Of a DNA stretch of 64,000 nucleotides, positions 22,701 through 37,183 are shown piece after piece. Position 1 is the first letter of the stretch. Each line of letters opens with the position of its first letter. The notes under the pieces are model-generated. The model saw only the letters and a program-made list of their open reading frames with translations. It was not told the DNA's origin and did not search any database. The DNA lies in assembly GCA_964016885.1 (NCBI GenBank), contig OZ024743.1:245210001-245274000 (forward strand), read 5' to 3'. Source of the DNA: Eledone cirrhosa (Eukaryota). A program made the translations under genes and the position numbers.

Positions 22701-23439
22701 GGTAGTGAAGATATTGAAAAATATTTCATCTTTAAAGATGAAGTTAATTTTATGGACTCATTTTAAACATTTAGGAATTTGATTAGTCATTTTGCCTCTA
22801 TTTTTCTATGCTGAGATGTGTTGGACAGGCCATCATGGTTCACATTGGTTCATATTTGGAATTACTATCTACCTAGATGGGGCAGGAGCTTAAAAGATCT
22901 TCTTGACCCAACATTGTGTGTTCATTTGCCAGCCACTTTGCAGAGATGGGGGGATGGATGTTAAATGATAACTGAGAGCATTTTATTGTGGCACCACTAG
23001 AAGTAGCCTTGTCCTCCAACATGACTGAAGTTCCTCTCCATTCTGTTTATCCTCATTCAAGGCAATATGACTGAGAAAGTGATAGAAAAGGGGAAAAAAA
23101 AAACTGACAGTTATGTTGGTTAGTGGTAAGGAGGTTGAATAGAATAACAGCAATAGTGGTGCCAGAGAATAATGGATGTCAACAATGAGGGATAGTGAAG
23201 TAATATGTGAGAGAGAGAAAGATGTCTAATCATAGAGTGATAGTATGGGTTTGAATGCCAACACTGAGTTCCCTCATTTCACAAGCAATGTGATGTGGTG
23301 GAGGTAGTGATAATGTGAGTTTATACAGACAAATTTAGTGTCACTCTTCGTTACACAAGCGTCATGGTACTGTGAGATTGAATGATAGATAAGAGGGTAA
23401 TAAAATGCAGGGGAGAGCAGTAGATGGAGGTTTTAACTG

Positions 23440-24290
23440 AACTTACATCCCAACCTCCATGCATTGATCTTCTCAGCACTGTGTGCCACCAATCATTGTG
23501 AAGCTCAGCATCTTGAAATCTGTGTTCATCACTTTGTTCCATGTTTTTCCTAGGTTTCCTTCTTTCACAGATTCCATTCATGTTTAATGTTCAGTGCACT
23601 TTGATCCACCTTCTATCTCACCTTTCTCTGTTCGTTTATGCTCCAGTGTTCATGTACACTACTAGCATTGCACATCAGTGGAATATCCTTGCTTCATTTC
23701 TTTCCACTTTTCAATGTCCACATCTTACCTTCATGCATCTTTATTCTGAGAGAGCAAAGGTAACAACTCCCTGAACATTTCCATCCCATTCTTACTCTGG
23801 CTACTATGCTTTAGGGACACCCACCTACTCTGCTAATTACATCACCTAGGTAACAAAAACTATCAACTGCTTCTTTGAACTCCTCTTTCTCCATTGCATT
23901 TGAAAGTATCTATTTCATGTGTACTCTTATTGCTACTGTTCCTGTACATTTTCCACTTTCAAAATCTATCTTCCCTGTCAGTCTGCTTGTGATTTCACTA
24001 CATCTCTTGCACATCCATATTGAAATTTCTGCATATCAGGCATGGCTATTTTCCTGATAGTAGCAGGTTTTTTTTTCTTCTATTTATTTAAGTTTACTTC
24101 GAGGCATCTCAATTCTAGGTTTTGCTTCCATGTTTGAATTTTCTTCCCTACAGATTCTGCTGTAAGAACTAGATCATCATTCAACCTTAAACTTCTCTTG
24201 CTGTAAGAGCACCCATAAAATATCTTTCAAATAGTTAATAGGTTGTTACCTAGGTCACCTAATTAGGAATAGTGGGTGCTTTGAAAGCAT
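23440..24290 (-). mobile_element. Old degenerate RTE LINE fragment
   Basis: Decayed similarity to the RTE copies (cacctaggtaacaaaa = FCYLGD; 'RRKPRKN'). Confidence 0.6.
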
Positions 24291-24979
24291 TGTTTCCAAA
24301 AATTCTCTCTCTTGGTGAATGGTAAATTTAGAGCAGCCATGTATAGTTTTCATCCTCAAATATATTTAGTTAGATTTGTTTTAACTGGATTAACACAGAT
24401 GTAAACAGTTTCATGAATTACTCTTGTATATTAACTTTTTAAGTGTAAAGTGGTTGTAGTTCTTATCTACAATTTTGATGATTATGTATTTTGAAATTAT
24501 ATTTCAATAGGAATTTCATTTTATTTGTAATACAAAATTATGTTAACACATTATCTATTTTTTAAATAAATGTGAAGAGAAAATTTTTTTTTTTTTTTTT
24601 TTTTCCTCCTATATTTTTAATACTTGTGCATAATGACTCACATTCATTGTAAAATATTTTGATGCTTAAATGGTTAGTGAAACTTAATTTAAATATCAAT
24701 ATTGTTAATTATATAAATAATTCACTTGCTGGCCTTGGTTCATTTACCTCTCTTGAAATATTGTTAAAGCAATATAATTACAATATTATTTCATATTTTA
24801 ATATTTAATCTTGGGATGTAAACTAGAGGCGTGGTGCCTATGAAAGAAACAGCTATAATTGAAGCATTTTCTTATGAACTACACACATAGACAAAAGTAG
24901 AAAATACTTGCTCATGATTTCACACTGAGATCAAACCTGAAGTCATATAGTTGCAAATTGAACTTCTAAACCACACAAC

Positions 24980-25975
24980 CTTCTTCTTCGCCCACTTATG
25001 GTTGTGTGGGCAGAGTCCTCAAACACTCTTTCCAGTGGGTCCTGCCAGAAGCAACTATCTCCAACTAATCTGGCGGGACCAGCCAAGTTCATGGATGTTA
25101 TCCAACCATCTTGCTTGGGGTCTACACCTGGGTCTCCTGCCGGCTGGTTTTGCCCGTAAAATTTGTCCAGCGATTCTTTCTTGAGACATTCTAACTGCAT
25201 TCCCATAGTATCGGAGCTGTGATCTCTCAATTTGGAGAAGTAGCAGCTCTGCCTGGAGTGACTCTCTGATCTCAGAGTTACGCACTCTGAGTAACGTTAC
25301 TCCAAAGACTCTTTGGAGGAACCCCATTTCAGCTGCTTGTATTCGCGATCGTATTCTTTCAGTCATTACCCAAGATAGATGCCCATAGGTATGGGTTGGC
25401 ACAAATACCAAATTGAAGATAGCGAGTTTGGCTTTTACACCTACCTTCCTTCTTCTGATTACTGAATGCTGAAGCTGGTGCATTACTGCACCAGCTCCTG
25501 CAATTCTTGCACTTAATTCAGCCTCCTGCCTTCCATCAATCATGAACTCAGCCCTGAGTTACCTGATAGGAGGAGTGTCTCAGTTTTCGCAGCACTGATT
25601 TTCATTCCAACCATGCAGCACTCAGCATCAAACATATCAAGTGCAAGTCGGAGATCACCTTCTGTCAAGTTAAGTAACACCATGTAATCTGCAAATTCCA
25701 GCCGACTGATTTTACACCCGCCAGTCATGAAACCACTTCCAACCCGGCTGTGCTTGTCAATCCTATTCATGTAAATAATGAACAGAAGAGGTGACAGTAC
25801 GCACCCTTGACAGAGTCCGACTCCCACATTGAATGGCTTCGATTTAGCACAATTTATCTGAACAAAAATATTCAGGCATTCATATAGAGACATCAGGGCA
25901 GCAAGGAGCTGACCATTGATCCCATACTCCTGCAGAACCTTCCACAACGGCTCCCGAAGAACGCAATCATATGCG
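24980..25975 (-). mobile_element. RTE (Expander/Rex3-like) LINE, RT to 3' end, with (GAA)n tail
   Basis: 'GVGLCQGCVLSPLLF...FADYMVLL' and 'RIQAAEMGFLQRVFGV...GRRPRCRPQARW', frameshifted. Confidence 0.93.
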
Positions 25976-28900
25976 AAGACAAATGTTTTTTTCCCAAAAA
26001 ACATTTCAAACCTTATAAAATAAATGCCTGTTTTTCTCAGTTTTGGATAAAGAAAACCGTTTCTTTATTATAACTATATTGTTACATAATCGTTAAATTT
26101 AACTGCAGAAGTAAATCATTGCTTTTATTAATCATGTGCCAAATATCGGTTGCCTTTTACTTTATTCATACAACCAGCCTTATGGTCCCAGCATGTTCTT
26201 TTTTGCCTAGGAGAAGCACTATGCTTTTAATCTGCATACACCTAAATATTCTCCATTACATTTGGAATTTTCCATCTAGATGGCTGGTCTTTCCTAGTTT
26301 ATGGATGAGTCTTGACCATAGAAATTCAATTAGCTACAATTAAAAATTGAATTCTGTTCATTTAACCACTTTGATATCAACCCATCCAAAACTGCCTTTA
26401 TCTATTTCTATGAAACAAAGCTACCTATTTTGAAGGGTTCCTATATAATTTGATATAAGAACCTTTTATTATGTTACCCTTTTAATTAAATTATTGATAA
26501 TTTTAGTAAATCCCTCCTAATTTTCCATTAATTGATTGAAATACAGTATATTTCAATAACATAGCTGCCTATGTATTCTTCAGAAGGATATTTTATATAC
26601 AGAATATCAATATTTTGCAGAAAAAATAGGCAACATTTGAGCAAAATAGCAGTTTCTTTTTTAAACTTACTTTTGCATTGATTAAACCAAGTAGAACAGT
26701 CAGTTTCCAAATGATCTAAAGATGATGACAGTAGAATAGTTATATAAGGAATTATGGCAATATTTGTGGAGCTTGTAGGACAATAATTAACCAGAACTGA
26801 CCTAGAAATCTGAAATGAATGTCACGGTATCTACCAATTTTAAAAAGAAAATGAGTAAGTTATTATAGAGAAAGGTATTTTAAATTTCATTCATATAGTA
26901 ATGAGACTGACAGCATTCCAGTTGTCATTTAAATCTATAGTTTGTAATGTTCTTATAACAACTATGTTGCAGTTAGATTTCAACATTATTTTTACATCTA
27001 TTTTTCCATGCTTGTATGGATTGGATGAGTCCTCTCCAGCACTGAGCTAGACACCCTTCCTATCAGCAACCATTTTATAGTGTGGAATGGGCACATTTTA
27101 CTAAGGCTGTCTGTCAGGACTACTGGTACATTTTATTTTAATCCTAGGAGACAAATGTTTGGAGATCGTTATGAGTATTTTAAAGTCCTTTTTTTTTTTT
27201 TTTTTATTTAAGATATCTATAATATTTAGAAGAAATTAATGTTAATTTTTCAAAAATTCATCTTATACCAACTCTTTTGAAACTGCCCAGTTTTATGATA
27301 AATATAAACACTTTAAACAGTATATGTTTAAAGTGTTTATATTTATCTTAAAGCCTCCCAATATTGTGTAAGAATCTTTGTTTCATTCCAAACACCAGCT
27401 TAAGAAAGTTCACTAAATTCATTCAAAAATCATGGGCAGTGTCTTTCATTCGAAATTTGACAACGAAAGGGTTAAGTAGTTAAAAATATAGCTATTAGTT
27501 TCAAATGTTGTCAGGTTTTATGTACTTTAAATTTGTGTTTTTATAATAGTTAACCATTTTTTGACACAGTATTTGAAGATAATAATTGTAGTAATGTGAT
27601 CTAGGATGAAATTTAATCTCCAGCTAGAACTACTGATATTCTAGGTCTCAGAAGACCAACAGATGGCAAGATAACTTTCATATTTTCAGCTATGAAAGAA
27701 TTGCTTCCTAAATTGTAGAGAATAACCCTTTTATTGCCATATTTCTAATGATTTTTTTGAATAATTTAGAAAATAATCAAGATTTAATAATATAACCTTA
27801 TCATCAAGCTGGGGTTCCTATCACTGTTTAATGTTCTTGCATAAAATTGTGATGAAAGGTTTTTAGATAAATATAAGCACTTAGAAAATATATAGCTTTG
27901 TATCATAAAACCTGGGTTGTTTCAGGCAGTTTGGTATAAAATGGTCTCAAAAAAACATTCAGAAGTGACAGTGCTCAGTATATTTGAGGAAGTATCCTTT
28001 TTAAAGATTAACTTAATAAGTCATCTGTTTTCTTTCTCAATAGTAGAGCCCTCCACTTCATTCCCATTTGAATATCTCAAGTGTCCAGATGGTATAAAGC
28101 AGCAAATGTTGTGTCTCAGTTGATGATCTCATTGACATTATATAAAATAAAATCAACTGCATCAGTTTGACTATTTCAGTTTCACATCAAATACTATTTG
28201 GGAAATGAAAAGACTGATTTTTTTACATCAATTATTCAATATTTGTGGTATAACCTAAATATTGCTTTTTCATTTCTCCATTCTTGCATGGGAAGAAATT
28301 TTTTTACCGTGTGGGAGCAAGTATTTAAAATTTAGTCACCATAACATTAAAGTAGAATTGGTGGTACCTGCTGGCAGATGGGGAAATGAGTAGTGGGTCT
28401 TGGTTAAGCCACTAATATAAAACATCCCTTTATCATTTAACCATATTTCTAATGTATTTTGTATTTTGATCATGAAGAAATTGGGAAGGATTTACTAAAA
28501 TTATAATTTCATTAAGGTTGTATTTGTAATACAGCACAATGTTCCTATATAACATTATACTGGAAGGTTTTAAAAAAAAGGTGATTAGTATCAAAAGTTA
28601 AATAATAATTTTAAAGAATTAGGTATTTAAAGTATTTTAGTTTGAAGTAAATCAATTTAAAGTTCATGAAACTTATATATTTAGTAAATCATAGCAAGTT
28701 GAAATTTATCTAAAGCAAGTTCTAATTTATCTACATGAGCGAAATCATATTAAAACAACTTGGTGTTCCAGGCTAGAAAACATCTGGGACCTCCAGTATC
28801 TGCTTTCAAGAAACATGAAAATTAAAGGTATAACTAGTAGTTAGGATGTTACAATCATAAAGTACTGGGTTCAATTCCTGGGCCTGATAGTATGTGTTCT

Positions 28901-29559
28901 TGAGCAAGACGTTTCATTTCATGTTGCTTTTCGTGATAGGACTGGGGACTATCATTAAAACACAAGAAACCTCTGAGATACCATACCTTGAAGCTAAACC
29001 TGTATAGGTGTGAGCTGTATATTTCATTTTTCATTTTTTTTTTTTACACATAGAATGATGCTAACATTCCAGCACCAATCCATGCCATCCTCTAAAATAG
29101 CGGCAACATACAAAGGAAAAGAAATGTATTTAATAATACATGATATTTTAAATTTTCAACTTAGTTATTTTACTAAATCTATCCAAAGTTTTTATTTGAA
29201 AAATTTATTAAATCACAAACAGTATATTTCATGAAATGTTGTTACAAAAAGGTTACAGGATTATTAATCTTGTGTGTGAGTAAAATGTTTGCTTTGCAAC
29301 TGTATGGTTTTGAATTTGATCACACTGTGTGGCACCTTGGTTGAGTGCCTCGAGTTGACAAATGCCTTGAGAGTAGAATTTGGTGAACAAAAACTGAATC
29401 TCTCTCTTCACACTTATACCATCTTAACACACAATGCCGTTTTATGTCTTACATAAACAACATCCCCAGTCTGTTAATATAGAAACACAGACATAAAGTG
29501 GTGATGATCATCATCACCACCATTTTATGTCTGCTTTCCAAGTTTGATAGGTTGTCACC

Positions 29560-29648
29560 GCCCGCATAGATCAGGCAGTAGAGCCTCTGACTTTTACGGA
29601 TAATGATGTGAAGTTTGAGGGTCGCGGGTTCAAGTCCCTCTGCAGGTG
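29560..29648 (+). pseudogene. Intron-containing tRNA-Lys(UUU)-like pseudogene
   Basis: GCCCGCATAGATCAGGCAGTAGAGCCTCTGA-CT-TTT-A-[16 nt]-GTTTGAGGGTCGCGGGTTCAAGTCCCTCTGCAGGTG aligns to the eukaryotic tRNA-Lys(TTT) and is 73 nt once 29597-29612 is removed. Every stem has a mismatch; a T-run follows. Confidence 0.75.
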
Positions 29649-29662
29649 AATGTGTTTTTATT

Positions 29663-30008
29663 GTGAAGGCACATGGCTTAGTGGTTAGAACATTGGGCTT
29701 GCAATCGAAAGGTTGAGTGTTCAATTCTCAGGCCGGGTGATGTGTTGTTTCTTTGAGCAAGACACTTTATTTCACATTGCTCCAGTTTACTCAGCTGTAG
29801 AAATGAGATGATAGGACTAGGGTCCATATCATTCCACTGCAAAGTGAAGATGCCACGGCAAAAAAGCACCCAGCACTCACTGTAAATGAGGTTGGTGTTA
29901 GGAAGGGCATCCAGCTGTAGAAATCAAGCCAGAATCGGTTCCCGTATGAGCAGGACAGCCCATCTAACCCATGCTAGCATCGAAGAACGGACGTAAAACG
30001 GTGATGAT
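29663..30008 (+). mobile_element. CORE-type tRNA SINE with RTE-derived tail
   Basis: A/B boxes, then tgttgtttctttgagcaagacacttt...ccagtttactcagctgtagaaatgag (MIR-CORE-like); tail shared with the LINE at 10.9-11.1 kb. Confidence 0.9.
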
Positions 30009-31437
30009 GTCACAATCTGAAACTAAAGTTGAGGAACCATGTCTTACTCACATGATTGATTAATGTAAATTTATAAACTATTTGAATTTTTCTTTTTTGG
30101 TATTTGAAAAGGCAAGGAAATTATAAGAAGTTATTTCATTGCATCATATGTGGTACAATTGTAGCTTTAAAAGATTGTCAGCTGTATTTATTATTGATCC
30201 TATATACACTGAAGCTAGAAACATAAAAAAAAAATCAATGTTCATTTGTTTGTTTTTTTTTATTACAAAGAAAAAAATATTCATACTCGATGTCCTTCCT
30301 CTTGCCATATTGACCATAATGTGTTTGTATTCAATTTAGAATGGTTGCACCATATTCCTGTGTAATAGGAAGTGAATAAAAGGTTGGCAACAGGAAGGGC
30401 ATCTAACTGTAAAAAAGATGGACATGAAATTTGTCATGGGACTTGCTTTAATGGAGATGAAAGGCCTTAAAATACTTGTTTTTATATATATATATATATT
30501 TATAAAGTTTTTCAATGTAGAATTGTTAGTAAAAATTTGAGTGAGAAAAGAGTAAGTACTTTAGCAAATTGTTATTTTAATATATGTAATAATCTGTTAA
30601 AAGTCGTCTGCAAACTCCATTGAAGTGGGGATTTTTTATGTACATAGATTTTAAAATTGCTTCATAAACTATCAATAAATCAATTTGATATATAGTAATT
30701 GTTATAAGTTCTTTGTAGATGGAAGTGTAAGGTTACTTGTCTTCTGATTAACAGTCAAAAAGCTATCTTATGTTTTTCTATGTATGGAGAGAATAACAGT
30801 TGTTTACATTTACTTATCACTGTAAGGCTTCTAACTGAAAACTACTTCTGCGTACATTAAATTTCTCTTAGATTTTTTAATATGCCAGATCTTACATGAT
30901 TTGTAAGATGTCACTGAATATTGAAACTGAATTAAATGATTTAGCAGAAAATATCTAAAAAAATGGGTTTGTTAATTCACTTGTTTGTAATATTTTTACT
31001 AGTGGACAGATCATTTAGTGCTGTTTTATAAGAATGCCATGTTAATGCAGTTTCAAGAAGCACAGGACATTAAAAGTTAAAGAACCGAGATTATTAAGAA
31101 ATGATTCAGAAATCTATCTTTAACTACTTGTTTCTGCATATATATATATATATTTTTTTTTTTTTACAATTCAGAATGCAATGAGCCAGAACAAATACTG
31201 CAAGGCATTTTGTCTGACATTAACAATTCCACTAATCCACTGTTGGTGTGTTTTATTGACCTTGAAAAGATGAAAGGCAAATATGACCTAAGCAGGATTT
31301 GAACAGAGATAGTTGGCTGGAACAAATACAAACTACTAGAGTTTTATTGATCAGAAAGTGGAGTATGTCAACTATAGCAACAGTGACAGTACTATTTATT
31401 AATATATACTGTTCATTGCTATCCTAATAGCATTTCA

Positions 31438-31621
31438 GGATTGGCAGTATCGGTAGAGGGTCGGACGCCATGCTTTCCAGCATTAGTTACGTCCCTTTAC
31501 AATCTGAGTTCAAATCCCACCGAGGTTGACTTTGCCTTTCATCCTTACGGGGTCGATAAAATAAAGTACCAGTAATGCACTATGTAATTGCTGGCCTTGT
31601 GCCTAAAGTAGAAACAATTAT
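31438..31621 (+). mobile_element. SINE family A
   Basis: Near-identical to the copies at 37-38 kb. Confidence 0.9.
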
Positions 31622-33508
31622 TCAATATACAAGTTGGATTAAATCAAGCAATAGAGGAGCACTTGAGATTTTATACCTTGAAGCAACTATTGTCCAAAAC
31701 TGAATAGAAAGTAGGAATTATTGGGTAGACAAAGGTTTTGCTGTTAGATTAATAATAATCTCTACTAACAAACGAACAGACATTATTTCCAACTTTAATA
31801 CTAGGGGGAAAAATTACAGCTCACACCTATACAAGTTTAGCTGGCCTTCTACAAGGCTGCATCTCAAATTGTTTATAGCGTTTTAATGATAGGGAGCCCA
31901 GTATTACATCACAGAATTTAAAATGTATGATTATACAACATGATCAAATGTATTTTTAGGCTTTCATTTTTCAATATTATTATCAAACAAGATTGTTCTA
32001 AAATAAAAGCATAAGGTGGAAGATAAAGTGACAAAATTAACTGTAAGTTAGGTTCTTTTGACCACTGAACTGTAAAAGAGAAATGGTTTCTCTTTTAACC
32101 CAGTAAACTCAGACAGTACTTTACCTAACAGTATTAGTATATATTAAACTTATCAGGCTGCTATTTAACATCTAGGGACATATATTAGGTTCTAAAATGA
32201 ATTTAATGAAGGTATAACTTGGGTCATATTAACCAGTGGTCAGGTCCCTAGGCTTTCAAATATTTCAAACCCCTCTGACACTTTAATCATTCACCTCATT
32301 ACAGAAAAAAATGGTAGGATTCTAGGCTTCAGCTTAGCTTTTAAAATAATTGTTTCTACTTTTGTAGAAACAATTCAATCACTGTCAAACACAAACCAGA
32401 ATTTAACTGAAATTGCCAGTCTAATTTGTTAATTTACATGATCTGCATTTGTTTAGCAATATAAATATTAATGCACAGCACAACAGGTATGTGTCAGGTT
32501 TAGAATAGGTACATTCTGTCCACGCTTGGCATAAGAGGCAACTAAAATGTTGGTACCAGGAAGAACATCCAACTGTAAAATATTCTCAAAGATCCAGTGA
32601 CTTTTTATTATTTTTGAAATCAAGGTTGGTAAATGGGCTGAATTGTTAGGGTATTGGACAACATGTATTGCTGAATTTAGTTACGGTTTGTCATGACTTG
32701 AGTTCAAATTCTGCTGAGGTTTGCTTTGCTTTTCATCCTTTTGGGGTCGATATTAATATAGTATCAGTCTAGCACTAGGGATGATGTAATTGCTCCCCAC
32801 CATAATAAAAAAAAAGTTGTGGGCCTTGTGACTAAGTTAGAAACCATTACTATGTGATATAAATAACTATTTTTATTTTATCTGAAATCTGCTTTAACCA
32901 TTTTGTTACCGTATTTCAAATAAAAGACACTGCCTATGATTTTCAAAGAATTTAGAGGGATTTAATAAAATAAATTTCTCATCATCAAGCTTGTGTTTAG
33001 AGCATAGCTTAAATGTTCTTACATAAAATTATGATTGATGGTTTTTAGGTAAATATAAAACCTTTAAAATAAACACCTTAGTATTCTAGAACAGGCATGT
33101 CAAACTGAGTCCCCCCCCCCCCCCCCTAGGGTCACAGCTGATGCACCCCTCCCTTTTTTGTTGCCTAATTTTTTTTCTTTTTCTTTCATTTTTGTTCCCT
33201 TCAATGTTTTTGATTCTGTATAAACAGTTTTGTAAAATTAAGTGAAATATATGTCAAATGTAAAAAAAGATATGACTACCCCCAAAAATTACTACTGTTT
33301 GCTAGTTAGTATCCAACAGCAGTCATTGTATATCTTGTGTGACAGGTCCTTTGGCATTGAAACCTTTTTCACAATAGCATGTGCTTTGAAATTTTAAATC
33401 AGCTTAAATAGTCATTATCTCACCTTAATAAATATTAATATCTAAGTCATATGTATTTAGTTTGCCTATCTTGCCAAGTGGGTGGTAACCTGTCATACAT
33501 TTATTTCT

Positions 33509-33545
<37 letters not shown>

Positions 33546-33887
33546 TAGGTATGTGCACTGACTGTCTAAGCAATTTCATAGTAATTTTTTTTATAAATGG
33601 GTATGCGTATGGATCAGCTAAGGAATATAATTGTATGATTTTTAATATGTGCATGGATTGTAGGAGTTGTATACATATAATTGTATGTACATCTTTTTCA
33701 TACAGAGGTGTGCATGGATCATTTAAGCAAAATATTTGTTTTACATTTTTTTTATTCTACATTAACTGCTGCATATTTTATATTTTAGTCACCGTTTTCT
33801 TCTTTTTCTAAAATGTTGCTAAGTTTATTTTAATTCAGTTTGGGGTGGGGGGTTATTCTTGTCAAAATAATTGCATAAAATGTCTTG

Positions 33888-34190
33888 TTAGTGTGTGTAG
33901 GTGTGGTGATGTGTTGTATATTAGTGTGTGTAGGTGTGGTGATGTGTTGTATATTAGTGTGTGTAGGTGTGGTGATGTGTTGTATATTAGTGTGTGTAGG
34001 TGTGGTGATGTGTTGTATATTGGTGGTTGTAGGTGTGGTGATGTGTGTTGTGTATAGGTATGGTGATATGTGTCGTATGCTGTATGTGTTATGTTGGTGT
34101 GTGTAGGTGTGGTGATGTGTGTTTTATGTTTGTGTGGGTGTGATATGTGTTTCTATTGGTGATGTGTGTTATATATTGGTGTGTGTTGGT
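33888..34190. repeat. 33-bp minisatellite
   Basis: ttagtgtgtgtaggtgtggtgatgtgttgtata x4 (33888-34019), followed by decaying copies. Confidence 0.95.
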
Positions 34191-34674
34191 CTGTATGTGC
34201 ACATGTGGTACAAGGGATAACTGATGACACTGCTTATATTAAATCTGAAACTTGTAAAACAGGCTTGTGAAATATCTTAATTTGTAAGACCTTGCTTAAC
34301 AACTGAAGCTTCTTCATGTTGGAACCAACAAACCAACTATTTATTTCTTTACTTTTTCATTATGATTACTGCATTTTGTTTTATATAATGACCTAAATGA
34401 ACTATAAAACTAGTTTTAACAGCAACTAGAATTTTATGTTTGTATCCATGTTTGTATGTACTATAAGGTCAAATTTATCAACTAGTTCAGCCTGACAATT
34501 CACACCCTAAATTCTTCTCTTCTTTACTGTGAAATATGTGGGAAATCTTTTGTCTTTCACATTAATTTCAAGACACAATTAACCTGGTAGACATGCAATA
34601 TAAGAATATATCATATAAGATATATCTTTTCGTTACTGTTTCACTTACATAGGATGTATGCATATATGATTATA

Positions 34675-34710
<36 letters not shown>

Positions 34711-36403
34711 ATATTTATGTGTGGTCACAGATTTTGTATGCATGCATGTGTAGTCACAGATTTTCTTTATATCCATGTATGGTTACAGGTTTTCTTTCTA
34801 TTTGTTAGAATTTCCTACTAATAGTGTCTGCTGTCGTGGCATAAAATCACATCATCCTTCCAGTGAGGGAGAAGAAATACCATTTCTCATGACTCATCAT
34901 ACTACTTTTAACTAGATCAGTTATATAGTCACACTGTTACTACTTTAATCCTGCCCCTCCTCTTCCTCCTTATTTCATTACATTTATATATTTATCTCCT
35001 CCTTCCTTTTTTTTTCATATTTATCTTTTTAGTTATTTTTAACCTCCTTCCTAAATTCTTCATTTTTTTCTCCATTCAAAGTTTTTTCTTTTCTTATTCC
35101 CCAAGCATTGTTCCTACTATACTATATATTTATTTAATCAATTTAAACCAGTGTAAAGCTGTAAGCTCTGACAGACAGAAAACTACCTAATGCCCTTTAT
35201 GTATGAAACAAAAACAAGATAAAAAGGGAAAAAAGGGGAAGGCAGATAAAAAGTTAAATCTTTCTGTAACTTCTATGAGTTGGAAAATCTTATTTATGGT
35301 TGGTGGATTCTTGAAAATAAATTGTTCTTCCAACCTTGGTAGCAAATTTAAAGATATCCTCTCTCTTAGACTGGTAATTTTTGTATTGGGACAAATAATG
35401 TCAAAGTTTCTAGACAGTCTCCGTAAGAACATAAAATATAGTTTAAAGAAACATGGCCTAGTCAAAGCCAACAAAGTCTTTGTTTGTTTGCCTTATTCAG
35501 TATTTGATGTTTTATGTTTACACTAAGTTTAAATCTTATATTTGAAACATTTTCTCCGTGTTTGCTTTCCATGTTTTGGATAGCTTGGAAAACCATGTTT
35601 TGCTCATATGATGAATACTTAATTTTACAAATATGGTAGTGAAATGTTGGCTCTTACGTTTCTCGTGTCAGAGCCTTCTTACTTAAAGTGAAGGGGCATG
35701 TTCTTTCGGTTAGAGTTTTGGACTCATTATCATAAGGTTGCAGGTTTGATTTCTGGACTGGGAGAGAGAGTTCTTGAGTAAGGCACTTCATTTCGGGTTG
35801 TTTTTTTATGATAGGATTGGGGCCCCTATCATTAAAACACATAAACCTATGAGTTAGATGTAGGAGGATCACTAAACCATCACGGGTGTGAGCTGTAACA
35901 ATAAGACTAAAACCCTTAAAACACCAATGAAAACTCTGAAATACAATTTCATAGGAGACCAGATAAACCTGCATATGATAGATAGGAGTAGAGACCTCTC
36001 GAAACCTCAAATGAGATACCTCATAGGAGGCCAGTTAAACCTACATAGTCTTTCATATTTGTAAGAATGGATAAGATAAAATAATATGTGACTGCTGAAA
36101 ATAATCTCATTATCCACGAGTTATACCCACCATTACTCACCCTTTTGTGTTCCATAAATACATAAAGATGACACAACTAATGCAGTTGGCTTTACCTTAC
36201 GTCTTTGTTTACTTTTTTTTAAATTGTATTTTGTTCTTTCTGTAAATAGAAAACTGTTTAGGGAATCAACAAATATTGTTGTGAAGCTCGTGTTTTTGCT
36301 TCTAGAGCATATCGAAACAACCACTGTAAACTATACTGTATATATATATATAGTACATACTTTTATGAACAATCCCCCACCTCTCTCTGTATATGTGTGT
36401 ATA

Positions 36404-36720
36404 CAGTGTACCCCCGGCATTCACGGTCCCGGTTATTCGCTGAATTTCCCTTAAAACCTAACTAATAATTGTTCGTGGAAACCACTACATATTCGCGAAA
36501 TCGTAAATATCTTCCGCGATTTTTTAATGGCTTTTTTTCGTGGCAATATATATTTTTTTACGCTAAATTATCAATAATATATCGTATTTGCCGGTATATT
36601 ATAATATACCGTTTTGGCGTTTATAGGCATTTTTAATGGACCACGTCCAATATTCGCGGTTTTTCACTCTTTGCGGGTGCTCTAGGAATGTAACCCCCGG
36701 AAATACCGGGGGGACAACTA
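36404..36720. mobile_element. Tc1/mariner-pogo (Tigger-like) MITE
   Basis: TA-flanked imperfect TIRs cagtgtacccccggcattc / gaaataccggggggacaacta; CpG-rich interior. Confidence 0.7.
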
Positions 36721-37003
36721 TATATATATATTTATATATATATTCGATATATCTCATATGAAATAATACAGCCAATTTTCCACACAATACACTTAGTTAA
36801 CCCCCGAACGTTTAATTAGGAATATACTCACTTATTTCCTAATGTTTGTTGAGTGAGTTGGGATTTGGCCGGAGTATCGCTATTAGCTTTCTCCGATAAA
36901 ATATATATATAAAATTTTTTTTTTCAAAGGTAATTTTCCTTGTTAAATCAGTGTTTGGCTTTGCAGACCTCATGACAAGCTTAATCATTATGCATCACGA
37001 GGT

Positions 37004-37045
<42 letters not shown>

Positions 37046-37183
37046 GCAATATTTTGTAACTTGATGCTGTTCCTTGCATCAGCCCTTTTAATTACCTCTT
37101 ATGACATGCAAGGCTGTGTATATGTTCATATAATACATTCATTTAACAACTTTAAAAAACGTTTTACGTTCTCTCTCTCTCAA

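Noticed and set aside
29560-29648. Functional tRNA-Lys gene
   Set aside because: Mismatches in the acceptor, D, anticodon and T stems; called a pseudogene instead.
33845-34106. Cys-rich repeat ORFs (VCRCGDVLYIS)n resembling metallothionein
   Set aside because: Produced by a 33-bp GT-rich minisatellite in an intron; no splice or start context.
35187-35526. 107-aa and 95-aa overlapping ORFs
   Set aside because: No recognisable motif or splice signals; low-complexity AT-rich sequence, possibly a decayed transposon.
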